This document shows positions 11,015-24,985 of a DNA stretch of 64,000 nucleotides, one piece after another. Position 1 is the stretch's first letter; each line of letters opens with the position of its first letter. The stretch is from NCBI GenBank assembly GCA_010093815.1, contig ML996581.1, one strand, 5' to 3'. This DNA comes from Pseudovirgaria hyperparasitica. Its lineage: Eukaryota. Both the position numbers and the translations under genes were made by a program. The notes under the pieces are model-generated. The model did not search any database, was not told the origin of the DNA, and saw nothing but the letters and a program-made list of their open reading frames with translations.

Positions 11015-11907
11015 ATGGATCACTCACACATGGACCACGGCCACATGGATCACGGCCACATGGGCCACGGCGGCATGGACATGCCATCCGACATGTGCAA
11101 CATGAACGTACGGAACCACACAGCTCTCCACTCATCCATCCATCCATCGTCCAGACGCTGACCCCGGTTGTCCCAAACCATTAGATGCTCTTCACCTGGT
11201 CGACGGAGAACCTGTGCATTGTCTTCAAGCATTGGCACGTCCGCGGGACGTTCTCGCTGCTCGTCTCGCTGCTCGGCGTGGTGCTGCTGACGGCGGGCTA
11301 TGAGCTTGTGCGCGACGTGTCGCGGCGCTACGAGGCGTACGAGCTGGGGATGCTACGTGTGGGGGATGGAGATAGGGCTTCGGGACTGCCGAGTAGGTAC
11401 CTCCGTTCATTCTGCGCGACGGGTGTGAGAGACGGGGGAGAGGGTGGTTGAGAGGGGAGAAAGAGAGGACGACATGATGATGTGAAGTACAGTATATGCT
11501 TGCGCTGGGCGCAAGAGGCAAGAGACAAGAGTAAGGAAGACCTGCACAGGGCCATGATACCCCAGTTTCTTACGCCTGTGCATGCGCGTGGAAGCTGACG
11601 AGGACGTGTAGCGGAAACGGAAACGGAAACGAGCTCATTGCTGTGGATAGGGCGGTTTCAGTCGACGCAGAAAAGCAAGTCGATCAAGGCTTTGCTGTAC
11701 GCCGTACAGGTCTTTTACTCGTTCTTCATCATGTACGTTCGCGACTGAGAGGTGTGCTCTTGGGTAGGACACTGATTGCGCTCTGCTAGGCTCCTGTTTA
11801 TGACGTACAACGGCTGGGTCATGCTCGCGGTTGCGGTCGGCGCGTTTGTCGGATATATGGCTTTTGGGAATGGTCTGAACGCTACCAAGTCTGTGGCGTG
11901 CCATTGA
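11015..11907 (+). CDS. CTR2: Ctr-family copper transporter (Ctr2/low-affinity type), 4 exons
   Basis: Met/His-rich N-terminus MDHSHMDHGHMDHGH..., then CNMN|MLFTW..NLCIVF..W, IKALLYAVQVFYSFFIM|LLFMTYNGWVMLAVAVGAFVGY (MxxxM and GxxxG motifs), and C-terminal ACH*. Confidence 0.92.
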
Positions 11908-12639
11908 GGGTTTTGATATCGGAGGTTTGAGGCCGGGCGTGTGAGTAGGAGGTAGTGACCGATGGAGCGGAAGAGTGTACGTCCACTGCGCAGTCTTGTA
12001 GCTCCGACAGTATGACATGGTTGAGAAGGCATGTAACTTGCGACAGGTGCACTTGAGTTTAAGATATCACGATCCTTGAGCAAGAAATCATGTTGCCTGC
12101 TACAGTCAACTGGACCACAATCTTAGACCACTACGATCATGAATCTTCTGATCCCATTAAATCCATCACCAACATGTGTCTGACTTTCTTCTCTTTAAAG
12201 CTCCACCTCAGCGGAGATATCACTTGCCAGATAGGAAAGTGAGGGAGTGAAATGGAGCTATGGGGGAAGCTCATCTGATAGCGAGCTGTACAAGACTACT
12301 ACTACGCCAGCATTATTGATCGTTGGGATGACCTCGCTCACTTTCCATCTCCTACTTCACCAAGATCTTCCCCGAGACGTCTTCCCAAATGATCCTTTGT
12401 TGTAAATCTGTCTATCACAAGACCAGCTCAATTGAGGGTTCGAAAACACATAACAACAGCTTCTATCACACAGCTCCAACGTCGTAAACATCGAGATGGG
12501 CAAAAAGCGAGTTCCAGCCAGCTACGTTGTTGATGTAGATGTATGACGCCGTGGCCGGATAGCTAGTGTCGTACAAGGGCGAAGTCTCCACGGGCGACAT
12601 CAGCAGAAGTTCGCAATCTATTCTCTACTCGCAGTCTTG

Positions 12640-13320
12640 CCCTTGCTGAACCTAACTTACAGGTCTCTAAGTCGATGAGGCAGGTACAAGAAGGCTTCTG
12701 AAACTATTCGACAAAGCGCAAGAATCAAGACGACTTGGTGCGTTCCGGGCGTGGCGATTCATGTCCCCGCGAGCCTCGGAAACTGATCCGGACAGAGGCC
12801 ACTCGCTTGATACCTTTCCCGCGAAGCATGTGCTGAGGTCAGGGACGCCGGGCATGAAGATCGGACTGCACGGCTGGGTGAATCCACGGGATGTAGGAGG
12901 ATATGTGCGCGGGAGTCATTCCGATTACATTCTATGGCGAGTACGACGAGTCTTGTCTTTCAGATGACGATCGATCAGCATGTGAGTCGGCGGCCTCGTG
13001 TGCTCTTCATGCACGAACGGTATGTTTGGCAATGCGGAGGAGTAGCTGTGGTGTCTTGTCTTGAAGCTGACGTGCGTAGACTCACCTAGCACATCAACAA
13101 GCATAAAGGGACTCGAGTAGGCGACGATAGAGCAGCTGTGCGACGAGTTCAAGGCCAGGTAACAAGTCGGCAGAAGGTGCTCTCGTGCCTATGTCGCCAG
13201 CGGAGGTGTCGCAAGAAGGACGATGCGTAGAGTCGTGTTCAGATAATGACCGCATAGAAGACCGGGGGTGGAGGAAGCTGGTTAGAATACCTGGAGCGCC
13301 AGCCTGTGCTGGTGTCTATG
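12640..13320 (+). pseudogene. Possible decayed gene fragment
   Basis: Well-formed intron-like unit GTATGT...GCTGAC...TAG (~13020-13079). It is flanked by coding-like frames interrupted by TAG/TAA codons. No recognisable family. Confidence 0.25.
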
Positions 13321-13539
13321 GCTTTGTTCTGTGAGTGTACTTGATATATACTATTCTCGCACTGCGTTTGTGTATACTATGCCGTTCCCTTTTCTAGACT
13401 TGTCTTCCTGCCCCCTTTTTTACCCCTACGTCCACCCATCCTACAACTACGTCCACAATAACAATACCAACCCTCCAACCCTCCCTCGCCCAGCAGCCCT
13501 CTTGCCCAGATACACATATCCAACACGCCCCAATAATGA

Positions 13540-14130
13540 CCGGTTGAATATAGATTATATATATCTATAAGCCCCGCAGAGATATAAATATCCAGACTGA
13601 CCCTTCAGGAGGATTTTGCAGCAGTGAGGGATGGACGGGGGAAGCCGTATCCTTGCATTACCTATCTACCCTACCACACACGCAACGAAACACAGAAGAT
13701 GTGCTTCGTATGCACAAAGCCCTCTTCAAGGGGTTTGATAGTTGATTGATCTGTAGTAGATGATATGAAGCCTAGGTATAGGGGCAGTTGGGGAGAGAAG
13801 AGAGAAAGAGAGAGATACATAGACAGAGAAAGAGGGAGAAGGTAACAAAAAGCTTCTCCATCTAATAACAGTTTACAAGATATTAGTTTAGTAGATTATT
13901 ACCCACTGGATTATTGCCTTCTTGCCTACTAAAACGCTAGAATTAGATACATATATATATAACTCATAAGTATATTTATAGAGATGAAACAAGACGGAAT
14001 ATAATGATAATGATAATATATTTCTTTTATTCTATGTAGGTAAGGATGAGATTCTAGGAAGGTAGTTGCAAACTAGATGGTAGGGGGTATGGAGGATGGG
14101 GGTTGTTGAGGTGGAGTTTTATAATATGGT
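13540..14130. repeat. AT/TpA-rich island, probable RIP-mutated repeat relic
   Basis: Visible excess of TA/TAG/TAA and low GC compared with the flanking genes; no ORFs. Confidence 0.4.
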
Positions 14131-14184
14131 CGTGGGAGGATAAAAGGAGGGATAAAGGGATGGATAAAGGGATTGACAAAAAGA

Positions 14185-14336
14185 TGGATAGAAGGTAAGA
14201 TAGAAGGCAAGATAGAAAGCAAGATAGAAGGCAAGACAGAAAGCAAGATAGAAAGCAAGATAGAAAGCAAGATAGAAAGCAAGATAGAAAGCAAGATAGA
14301 AAGCAAGATAGAAAGCAAGATAGAAAGCAAGACAGA
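14185..14336 (+). repeat. Minisatellite (AAGATAGAAAGC) x ~12
   Basis: Directly visible tandem 12-mers with a few A/G and T/C variants. Confidence 0.95.
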
Positions 14337-17300
14337 CGGAGACCCCCCAAACCGCAACTAGATCCACACGAAACGACTACTGATTATCAACTAACTCTTG
14401 GTATCCGATAGACAACCTATAAATGTCCAAAGATCCAAGCGCTGAGTGATGAGGTGTTTCACGCACGGTAGGAGTGACTGACTGGTGGTAGTGACCGTGG
14501 AAGTCCCCGGAACCATCCAATCCATATAATAGACATAGACACACACTATTGTATTTTTTTTTAAAAAAAAAGAGCGCAATGCAGTGGGTGGGCGTGCGTT
14601 GGGAGTTCCTCGTGTTTTGATCATCTCATTGTCGAACGGGTATGCTCTTTTACGTGGATGTTTTGGTCAGGTCCGGTTCTTCTTCAGGGACCGAGCAAGG
14701 AAGGGAGGAAATCCGATGAATGGCCTGACGAGCAGACAAGTAATTATGCATCCATCTCGCGGAGACGACATCTACAGTACCTAATTACTCAGGCTCATCA
14801 GTCTCCAGTCGCCAAGTCAGCAGCAGCAGCAGCATCCGGAGGCAGGCAGGGAGACGCGAGCAAGCAAGTCGGACCGAATACCCTCCTACGCATCCGCGCG
14901 GATCCGTCCTGAATCGAGCAGTCGAACTCGGAGAGTAATAATTAAATGGGCCACCACCCGAAAAAAAAAAAAAAGGCAGAAAAGATGATCTACACTATTT
15001 GTACTATTTCGGGATCAGGAAGCGTCTAAAGCGTCTGTGACTATTATATTTTCCCCCTTCCCCCCCTTTCCCCCTTCCCCCTTTCCCATCTCAAACCCCA
15101 CGCTCCAACGACCGTGGATGATGTGATCCATATCCGGGCACTTGGGTTGCGTGGGGAAATGGATGCCAGTGACCCACCGCCAGCAAAACGACGGCGTGCT
15201 CGGTGGAGGAGACGGTAGAGTCTGGCGGAGGTCTCGCGGGGAAGAGGATCTTGGTAGCCCTATTTGCATCGTGCTCGAGTGGATACATTCAGAATGGTTT
15301 CCTCGCTACTCCGGGGCACATGGAACCGAAGGCTCGCCGAGCGCGGGTGGATATGAAACTGTAGACTTTCTGTGCTGGGAGACGTCGCCTAGCGATGAGC
15401 AAGCATATCATATGTCGGCGAGTTTGTGGTAGCATGTGCTTCAATATGTGGACAAGTGACGGATCGTCAAAGGGTTTAACGCTTTTGAATACACGGCGCG
15501 TATGCTGGACGGTCCCAAATCGGAGTGGACTCCGCGCCCGACAGGCTGTCAAGGCAATATCGCTTCCAACACGTCAAGGTCTTGGTGCTTGTAATGAGTG
15601 CGTCATTGATGGGAGTGTGCTGGACGCTCTGGCGTTGCAAGTACGGTTGTGTACTACCAGCAGAGCTGACGTGGATAGCTAAAGCAAGCATGGGTTTCTT
15701 CGAGACGATTGTCGACGATGCTGCACCCCTGCGGCTCGGGCTAATGCAAATCTATTACGATCGAGATGGGCTGATGCAAACAAGACGACAAGAAGATGCC
15801 TCCTTATGTTTGCATGGAGGGTGAGCACCATCGCGGCCACATAGTCCGCTCTCATCTCCAGCAAAGTTCATTAGAATGCCATGAGAGTGTGAAGGAGAAT
15901 GTGAAGGAGAATGAGATAAGAGGCAATGTTGTATACAGTGACGGACTGATCTGTTGATTCGTTCGATTGCTTGCTTTATCTTCGGCGTTGGAGTTTGGTG
16001 CGGGGCTGGTTACAGGGCTGAACCGGTACCGCTCACCTACACTGCGTTCAATGTTGAGCACGCTTTGGGCTGGAGGTCCTACAGTGGTGTGAATCTACAA
16101 TCCACAGTGCAACGTCTATATCAACGGACATGCGCTGGACGTTGGGCATCCTTGATGACTTCATGAAGCCCGGTGATCCCTCGTACTGAGAGTTGTTCCA
16201 TCCACATATGACCGTCTCATTCGATATTACCACCTTGAAGACGATGGACTTGGTTTAGTGTGCTCATGAAGGCCTATAAAATGCTGCAAATGCAGCTTTC
16301 AGGTCGTGGCCGGGCTCTCTCTGAACGTAGTGTAGGGTAGGAAGGTAGCTCAGTCGGACAAATGTCGGTCACATGCAGTTCGGTCCAGGACCTTGAAGCG
16401 GGAGTTCATACGCATATCCATACAGCCCAGCCAGCCAGCCAGCCAGTCCTGTTCAATGTACTGTAAGTGGGTGGTAATTAATGGCGTTTGGGCACGCGCT
16501 CTAAGCGGCGGAGGCCAGAGTCACGACTATGCGCTTGCCGATACGTATGAGGCGCCGAAGAAGCATGGCAGAAGCTTGCCAGAATGTCAGATTGCCAGAC
16601 TAGCAGAGTGGTGATAGGCCATCAGAGCTGTTGTGCCATGTCGCGAGTGCAGACTGGAGCTCGAGAATGAATGGATGTGGTGGGGGTCAGGTGGGGGATC
16701 CATCGAAGGTTGATGAATGGGATGGCCGGTTATCAACAACACCACCACCAACCCACGCCAGACTACCAAACTAATACCTTCCGTGTCATCCCAGATGCTG
16801 AATCCCGAACTCTGATCCCTATCTGAGTGGATTGAGGCCTGGACGCCTGTCATGGATATTGAGTCTAAGCGTCTGCTTACAGTATGTAGCGTCTGCTTGC
16901 GCACATAAATGATAAGGTTACCACTGCAGATGCCAATAGCTGTGCCCAACCCGACCTTCTTCTCTGGTGCCGCGTTCCCATTGAGTTTCGGCGAGATTTG
17001 GCAGAGTGATTGATGGATTTGACGGTTGAGGGGAGCTAGTCTTGTGGAGTGGCGGCTTGAAGGTTGAAGAAGGACGTCGCAAAATGATGGACTTCTTCTT
17101 CCTTTCTACGCCGCATTCTAGCGGTATCGGCTTGCCCCTACTAGGAATCCGGCTCACCAAAGAAAGCATTGCATTGAGACGTCTCGGCAGCCATTGGCAG
17201 GGCAAGATTAGCAAGCAAACCCATTCAAACGGAAGCTATGACCATGCTATGCCGCGAGAATTTCGAGGAGCAGAGGATGAGGCGAAGGAAGAGATCTCTT

Positions 17301-20300
17301 TAAAATCTCTGCCGTGTGCCGTAATTAGTGGGAATGGAGCCATCCATGGTTGAAGGTCGAGTTTCCAAAAATTGACGTCTGCAAAGAGACGGAGAGGCAA
17401 TTTGACAAGGTAGTCTGCCCGTCCTTTATTGCCCGTAGCTCAATAATGGCCGGAGCAGGAGCTCGAGACTAATTAGTCAACAAGTGTAGGATGGTGAAGG
17501 CGACGCGTGGTAGAAGAGCAAGATCGGAGAAAAAGTCGATTTTGTTGTGTTGATTAGCAGAAGTGGGACGGGACCGCCCCGGGTGCGGTGAATATGGCTA
17601 GCTGGCTACTGATAGGATTGATGATGATGAGGGCTGATAGTAACACATATGGGATTACGACGCATTCTCTAGCCGTGGTCGTGATGGCTACCTTGGATAG
17701 TAGTCGGTCCACAGCGGTCGAGTCGAGTCGAGTCGAGCGCGGGATCACGGTACAGTGATGGCGAGAGCAGGCATGGGAGTTTTGTGATAAGCATCTAGTC
17801 GTGATGTGGCTGATCCCTGGAATGCTATGCAGACAGGCAGCGGTAACAAATTGACATTGACCATTGGCAAGGTGGATGATGGTGGTGGTCGTAAGTAGCA
17901 GCAGTAGCGACAGTAGTGGTCGTAGTAGTCGTAGTAGTAGCAGCAATGGAAGTAATCAATTAGATAGCAGGTCTGAGGTAGTGTGAGTGTAAGTGTAAGT
18001 GTCGTGTAAGTGTAATATTCCTGTTGTTCAAACATCCAAGGTTGTGGTGGACGCTACCTAATACCTAGTATTAAGCTGCAGCTCTATCTGCTGCAAGATA
18101 GCTGTCCGCCATGTTGCATAGCGCCAAACCGGTAGCTGCAGATGTCAACGCGATCCGCTATAACAACTCGCTCATATAGTAATAGCAATTGGGCAAAGTA
18201 AACGAAGCCGGACTGCATCGATCGGTGGAGCATTGATCATTCGAGACTACTGAGGTCGTAGTGTCCTGGGTACTGTATAGTCTGTATAGTCTGCATAGTC
18301 TGCATAGTCTGCTTCTTTGCACTGCAGGCACGCGGTTGAGTGTGATGAAGCTTCGAGTCGCCGCCTCGACTCTCTCCACCACGCCAGGGCCAGGGACAAC
18401 GACAAAGACAGGGACAGGGCCAGCGACAGGGCTTCTTTTTGCCGCGCATGCATGGCTGACGCCGACGACCAGGGAGAGTGCAGAAGGCAGAATGCAATAT
18501 GCGAAATGCAGAGCGTCGGCATCAGCTAAAACGTGGTGGCTTGCCCGTGCATAATGGCTGCTTTGATGGACCCCCCTCACAATCCAACAATCGGCACAAT
18601 GAAGTCAGCGACGTCGAGGAGATGCTGTGAGTCGACATCATCAATGGATTGGCTGCACTACAATGCGCAATGAGCAATGAGCAATGGGAATTGCGCGATC
18701 TGGTTGGTGCATTATGTGTTTTTCCAATCGAGCGGCGATACTGGCAAAGCCGTTGATGCTGATGCTGGAAGGACTAATTAGTAGCAGAAATCTATTCAGT
18801 CAGAATCCACCATCAAGCGTTACAAGATGGGATGAGGAGATTTTAGTGGAGTCGGTGTGTGTGCGGAGGCGAGAAAGGCGTGGACATGGACATCCTCCAT
18901 TTTCCCACACCTGATCGGGGCGCCAATTCATTATCAATAATTACCAATACCAATGCTCTCTACTTATCTAGTGGGTGTTTGGAACACATACCATAATAGT
19001 GTACTTGGTACATACTACTCATAGTACAAGGAAGCACTGTACAATAGTAACCTACAGTACAGTACCTAAGCTAAGCCCCCCCCGGTAGGAGAAGAGACCC
19101 AGACTCGTACCCATACCATACCCAAATGGCCCAATCCATACCCATAACACCCATACTCTCAGAACCCATAATTACCACCACCACCAGGACCAGGGTCGAG
19201 ACGGCCAGGACAGCCGAAGCCGAATCTGCCTGGTCTCGGCTTGGGATCTCTTGGATCGCAGGCGGAATACTGGAATACTGGATACTGGAATACTATGTTC
19301 GGGCGATATGTCCATTGTTCATTCACTACACTACTACTACTGTCCACCGACTGCATCTCCACAGCCCGCAATCCACCCTTCACTCCACAGTCCACAGTCC
19401 ACAGTCCACCACTAATCAGTAACTAGTAATAAAGTGAAGAATTCTACGGAATGCGCTTGTGCGTACAATTCGACTTAGCTTTGCCTTGGACCGCCTTAAC
19501 CCAATCTCTCCACACTCCTTCTTCCCTGTCACGGCCCACACCGCGATCAAAACGGCCGGAACTCTTCCTTTTTCACTAATGAATGACTTGCCCACTGCTC
19601 TGAACCTCATCTCCTGATCATCTTTCTCCAGCTCAAACACTGACGACGCCCCTTGGCCGCAGTCAAACTTTCTTCTCTCTTTCCCTCTTCTGATGATATT
19701 GTTCTGAACGAACCCTTTCCGCCACAAACCGACATACAATTACACTATTACATCTAAACACCTCTCACTCACCTCGGCCGGACACGGCAGCCGCACCCCG
19801 CAATTGTCAACCTCCCATCCTACTCACTCCCACACAACCCAATAACCATCCACTCACACTCCTCGCTTCGTCCACCGACTCTTTGCTGCCCATTGCTCAA
19901 GCCTCAATCTCCTCTCGACTCTGCACTCGCTATTACCGGGACCCTGAAAGTCCTTTACCAAACACTATTCCTGTCTCGTCACTCGCTCCATCATCAACGC
20001 CTCCAACACTCTAACTTGTACCACACATCCGGTTTTCTTCCTTCACACTTCACTTGACCTCCCGCCCATTCCCTCGGACTCTCGCTCCCCTCTGCATTTC
20101 CAGCACCCACACACGCACCTTGCCATTCTCCACACACACATCCTCGACCGTAACGAGTACTCCCGGTTTCGGCAAATCCTCTCTCTCACTGTCGCGCCGC
20201 CGTTTAAGACGTTGATGTTGACGCTCGGAATCGCATGCTAGTTTGGTGGTAAAGGAGGAGGAGGGGATACTGGGTCTACAAATCACCACGAAAACTCGCG

Positions 20301-20354
20301 GAACCACCACTCGCCGCACCATCCGATCCACCACACTCAATCCCGCATCACAGA

Positions 20355-22080
20355 ATGGCTGAAGTACTCTCGGCAGTTCCTGATGCTCAGTCATACTTTG
20401 CTCCCTCGCCCCTCCGCCGTTCGTCGCCCTCTCAGACTTCACTGTTCTCCAATTCTCCACGCTCATACTCTCCAAAATCACGACCGCAACCTGTCGAACA
20501 CAACGACATCATATCACATTCGCTCTTATCGTCGGGTCACTCTTCGCCTCGTGTCTCTCGCTTCGATACCCCGGACGACTCGTCCGTTAGCTCAACACCC
20601 GCAAGTAGCCTGTCATTGTATACGCAAAGCGACGATTGCGATGCCGATGTTGAGGATGACGAAATCTCCTTTCCTAGCTACGACTTCCAAAGTGAGCCTT
20701 CCAAGGAAGATTACCAAGAAGAGTCTGTCGAATTGGACTCTAGTCACGTCAGCGGGCCCCCAAGTTCGGTGACACCGGATGAGCATCCGACTGCAGAGGA
20801 CGATACGGCAGTTCGACCTGAACCGTCACAGCATGTCGACTATCTCTCTCATAATTGGGACGAGGAGGACATAGCTGCATCTTGGAGGCACATCGTGTCC
20901 AAGCGTAAAGTATACGGAGAGCGTTCTCGGTTGGAGAATGCATCGTGGAGAACCTGGGCAAAATCAAAGCACAATCTGAAGACTGTCTCCCCAGAGACTC
21001 TCAACTGGTAAGTTTACCTCCTTGGGCACTCGATCTTGACATATCTGACAAAAGTACCACAGGCTAAAGGACTGTGACGTAACATGGCTATATGGCCCAT
21101 TGCAAACCGCGCCAAACAGAAGCTACCCATCTCAAAGTTCGGAGCCAGCGAGTCGGCTTTCTAAGAACAACTCCTTCATTGCTAAGAAGCCAATCCTGAA
21201 GAAACGAAGTGTCTCGGAGCTAATGCTGCAAAAATCATTATCGGCGTCTTCCCTGGTCAAACAAGCTGCGGCCTGCGTTCAAGCTCAGCAGAAAGCTGGT
21301 TCCTCTCTAAGAGCTCCTCGACCCGGCTTCGTTCGAGCTTGCTCTGATTTTGTGTCATCTTCATCTTCATCGAAACCTGCAAGCAGAGACGCGACTAGCT
21401 CCATATCATCCCGATCATCGTCAGGTTTGCAGACACCTGATCAAGGCGAGAAGAGACATATTCGCTTCGACGACAAAGTCGAGCAGTGTATTGCTATAGA
21501 TGTCAAGGACGGCGAGTACGATGAGGAAGAAGACAACTGGCCGCCGCAAGACGACGATTCTTCCGACGATGATCTCGTCATGATGAAAGCGTCAAACAAG
21601 AAGAAAATACTGTCTAGGAATAATTCACGGAGCAGTTTCAATGGCGACACCAAGATTATTGAAAAGCTGGAACCGACTACGTTAAAGTATCGGACAGATT
21701 CTCCTGACGTCACTCAGCAGACCACTGTACATTCTTTTGGGATGTACAAATCCAGCAAAATATCCCCATCACCCTCGCAAGAGACTCTACGCCCTTCGAA
21801 CTCGTCAAAGAATTTTCTTCTTCCAGAGGATGATGACGATGACGATATGGCATGGGAACCATCGAGCGCCTTCAACAACGGTGGCCCTTTAGTATCGAGG
21901 CAAGGCGGCGACCTTCGCGAGGCGGCTGGTCTTAGACGGACTGAATCAGGCATGTTCATGCCCTACGAGGATGATGAAGGTATGGATCCGGGAAACGGCA
22001 TATTGGGGCGTGTGGTCGAGACTGTCAACACCGCTCGTGACATTGCCCACGTTATATGGAACGTTGGCTGGAGAAACTAA
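20355..22080 (+). CDS. REG1: Protein phosphatase 1 (Glc7) regulatory subunit Reg1, DUF1752 domain, 2 exons
   Basis: HVDYLSHNWDEEDIAASWRHI...RLENASWRTWAK...VSPETLNW|LKDCDVTWLYGPL (intron 21009-21062). Also KPILKKRS, the PP1-binding RVxF-type RHIRF motif, and C-terminal VNTARDIAHVIWNVGW. Confidence 0.92.
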
Positions 22081-22748
22081 TGACTCAAAAAGTCAAATTT
22101 TGTGTGAATATCAACGATGGTGGCATCTTTGTGGAGTACATCCGATGAGCTTCACTGCCCGGATTTGGCGATTTGGCGCGGCGTTCTGGATGTATGTGGT
22201 GATACCAGCATGCATATACTCTGCCGGGACGCGATATCGGGGCCTGGCGAAGAGAATCTACGACATATATCACGACCTGTCTGCGGCGATAGTTACCGCA
22301 GTCTTGCCATAATGAAAAGCTTGTAATCATTACTTCCAAGCCCCCTTGAATGTCCGTGTGCGCTTCTGTTATAGCTATGACTGTTGTGATATAGGTCGCA
22401 GATCGACGGCCACAACGTGAGAACCGTTTTTGGCACATTGGGTGGGGACGCGACCGTTCCTAGCTAGCCGGCCCTGAAACAAGGGCTTGTGCGTTTCATG
22501 CGCGTGAATGCCAAGACTGAAGCTATCTATGTGCGAGGTCCACTCCTAAACTTTCATAACTTCGCCAATGAAGAAGCCTGCCGGGCCGTGAACTAGATCG
22601 CCTTTTGGTTTCGCGAATTTAAACTATTCCCGTCTGTGCCTCTCTGTTCTTGAATCATTCTGAAAATACCTCACTTACTCCATTCTTTTATCATCATCAC
22701 CATCAGCAAAGCCACCCAGCGATCGGCACTCCTCCCCACCCCCTGGCC

Positions 22749-24985
22749 ATGGAGGGTGTCAATATCTATGAGCTCGTCGAGCGACTCGGCAGCGACGAAG
22801 AATCGGTGCGCAAAATGGCAGTCTTCAAGCTTCAATCGGCGATTGGTGACCCGTCGTTTGCAGACGTGCTCATCGCCGAAGGCGGACTTCCCAGACTACG
22901 GGCTCTTGCGCTACGCTCGACAGGAAACACCCTCGCGTACACGCTCACAGCGTTGTCCAGGATGCTAGAGCTAGACAAAGGGTGGGAGGCGGTTTCAGAT
23001 GATCTAATCACACGCGTGAGTCGCCTCGTCACTCGGTCAATTGCTAGTTGTTGTGCTGATCGGAAGCTTGCTCCTAGATTGTCGAGCTCGTTGTCGCGCA
23101 ACCCCTCGTAAACGTGAACCGCGGTGCCATGTCTGTCCTTGCTGCGATAGTCTCGAATCCCCACAGTCGACGTGCCTCCACGGGCTCTTCTGGGTTCCAG
23201 AGGCTCAAACCTGCCATCGATCTCCATCCACAATTCCTTCCCATGCTGGTCGAGAAGATCTCGTCGGCCGACCACGCGCTGTGTGCAAACTCCCTACAAT
23301 TGATCAATTCGTTGATGAGAGATGCTGTCAGGAATGAGGCTGATACGGAGTGGCCGCGCTTCATCAAGCAACTACAAGAGCTTGGTGTGATCAAGTCCGT
23401 GTATGGGCTCATGCAGAGCTCTGCTGTGCAGGATCTGGCCCATCCACTTCTGGAATTTCAGTCCCTGACCAAGATATTACTCCGTAAATGGAGGGAGGAA
23501 GCCGTAGATCTAGAAAAGGCCGATCATCGTAGGGCGCTGCGTGGCATACACATTGCCAGTAATGCTGGGCACGCGGAAGTGCCAGACAACTCCAACGACA
23601 GTCAGAAGAACCAGACAGAGAAATGGCGAAGGCTAGGGTTCGAGACGGAAGCGCCGCAAGAAGACTTTGGCTCCACAGGCTTTCTTGGTCTCATGGACCT
23701 GACTGACTACGTCTACAAGAACGAAGATGGCTTCCAGAAGATATTGCTGGAGCAGGCAACAGAGCAAGTTGAGAGAAGGTGCCCACTTGCAAGAGCGAGC
23801 CTGTCCGTGACTGCGGTGCTGTTCGAACACTTTGAGGCCGAGAAAGCGGAGGCGGATGAGGGCCGCTACAATCTAGAATCGAGAGCCAACTTTGACAGGC
23901 TGTTCAGACCGCTCCTGTTACATTGGTCAAGGCTACATACCAGCGGCTTGAATGCGTTTCTGAGGCTATGGAAGGCCACTAGTGCAGAGGTGGAGGACTT
24001 TGACAAGATCGTAGAGCTTGTGCGGATCCTGATTGAACAGGTCGTCGGGCAGGCTCCGCGAGTGATGGAAGTCAAGGATGTTGAGGACGAGCTGGCACGC
24101 TTCGATTGCCAACGACTGAGAGAACTCCAAATGGAGCTTCTGGAGCTGACATATGAGGATGCATGGGGACATCACTTGCGGTATGTTCTGGCCTACCCAT
24201 AACTCAACAGCAATCTGACAGGATCTTCAGGCAAGTACGTGAGGAGCTGAATCACGAAGCGCTACAATTTGTCAAGGAGCAGAGGATCAGATGCCTCCTG
24301 GAGGGCTCCTGGTTCCCGCAACATAGCAACTACTCATCAGACAGCGGGCCCATTACGAAGCAATACCTTCACCACAAAAGCTCTCCATCGTCATGGCGAT
24401 ACGTCCGACTGTCGCACAATAGGCGCTACCTCCACTATGCAGACTTCTCCGCAGCCTCCACCTTCAAGCCCCAACTCGACGCTCTTGTGGAGAAGAGTAC
24501 GCTTATCCGACGCCCTAAGAAATATATGTAGTATCATCAGCTAACAATGCGTAGTCGATCTCTCCATCGTGTCGTCCGTCGTCTCCAACGTCTCCGCCTC
24601 GGCCCCAAACACCGCATCCAGCATCTCCACCATCAAGGACGCGGCCTCGCCCACGCAAGCAAGCACGACGTCTGCCAAGATTACCATCCACGGCTACATC
24701 GCGGACGGCGTCGGCGGCCAAGAAGAAGCCGTCCTGTTGCAGCTCCATCCCAAGACGCACACCCTGGCGTCCGAGTGGCTGGACGGCCTGCTCATGCTGC
24801 TGAACCAGCAACCGATCACGGCAGACACCAGCAAACTCGTCAACCTGATCGGCGGCTACGGCCTTAAGATCAGGCTGTTGAACGTCAGACATGAGGATGT
24901 CGGCCTGGAGGAGCCGGTGCTGCCGAGCCGCAAGGACCTGGACGACGACTACTACTACGACATTGGCGGCATGGACGCAGCGTGA
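22749..24985 (+). CDS. ELMO/CED-12 family protein with C-terminal PH domain (Lmo1-like), 4 exons
   Basis: Approximate introns: 23016-23078, 24182-24230, 24497-24554. Motifs GNTLAYTLTAL, WRRLGF...PQEDF...GFLGLMDL, CPLARAS (ELMO domain), FVKEQRIRCLLEGSWF, WRYVRLSHNRRYLHYADF, EWLDGLLMLL. Confidence 0.92.

Noticed and set aside
11474..11600. Box C/D snoRNA-like ATGATGA...CTGA in the Ctr intron
   Set aside because: The putative D box is the branch-site GCTGAC. No terminal stem or rRNA-complementary guide was recognised.
14054..14367. ORFs with KIES/LSCF/FYLA repeats, and a CRISPR-like periodicity
   Set aside because: These are translations of a 12-bp minisatellite. There are no unique spacers and the context is eukaryotic.
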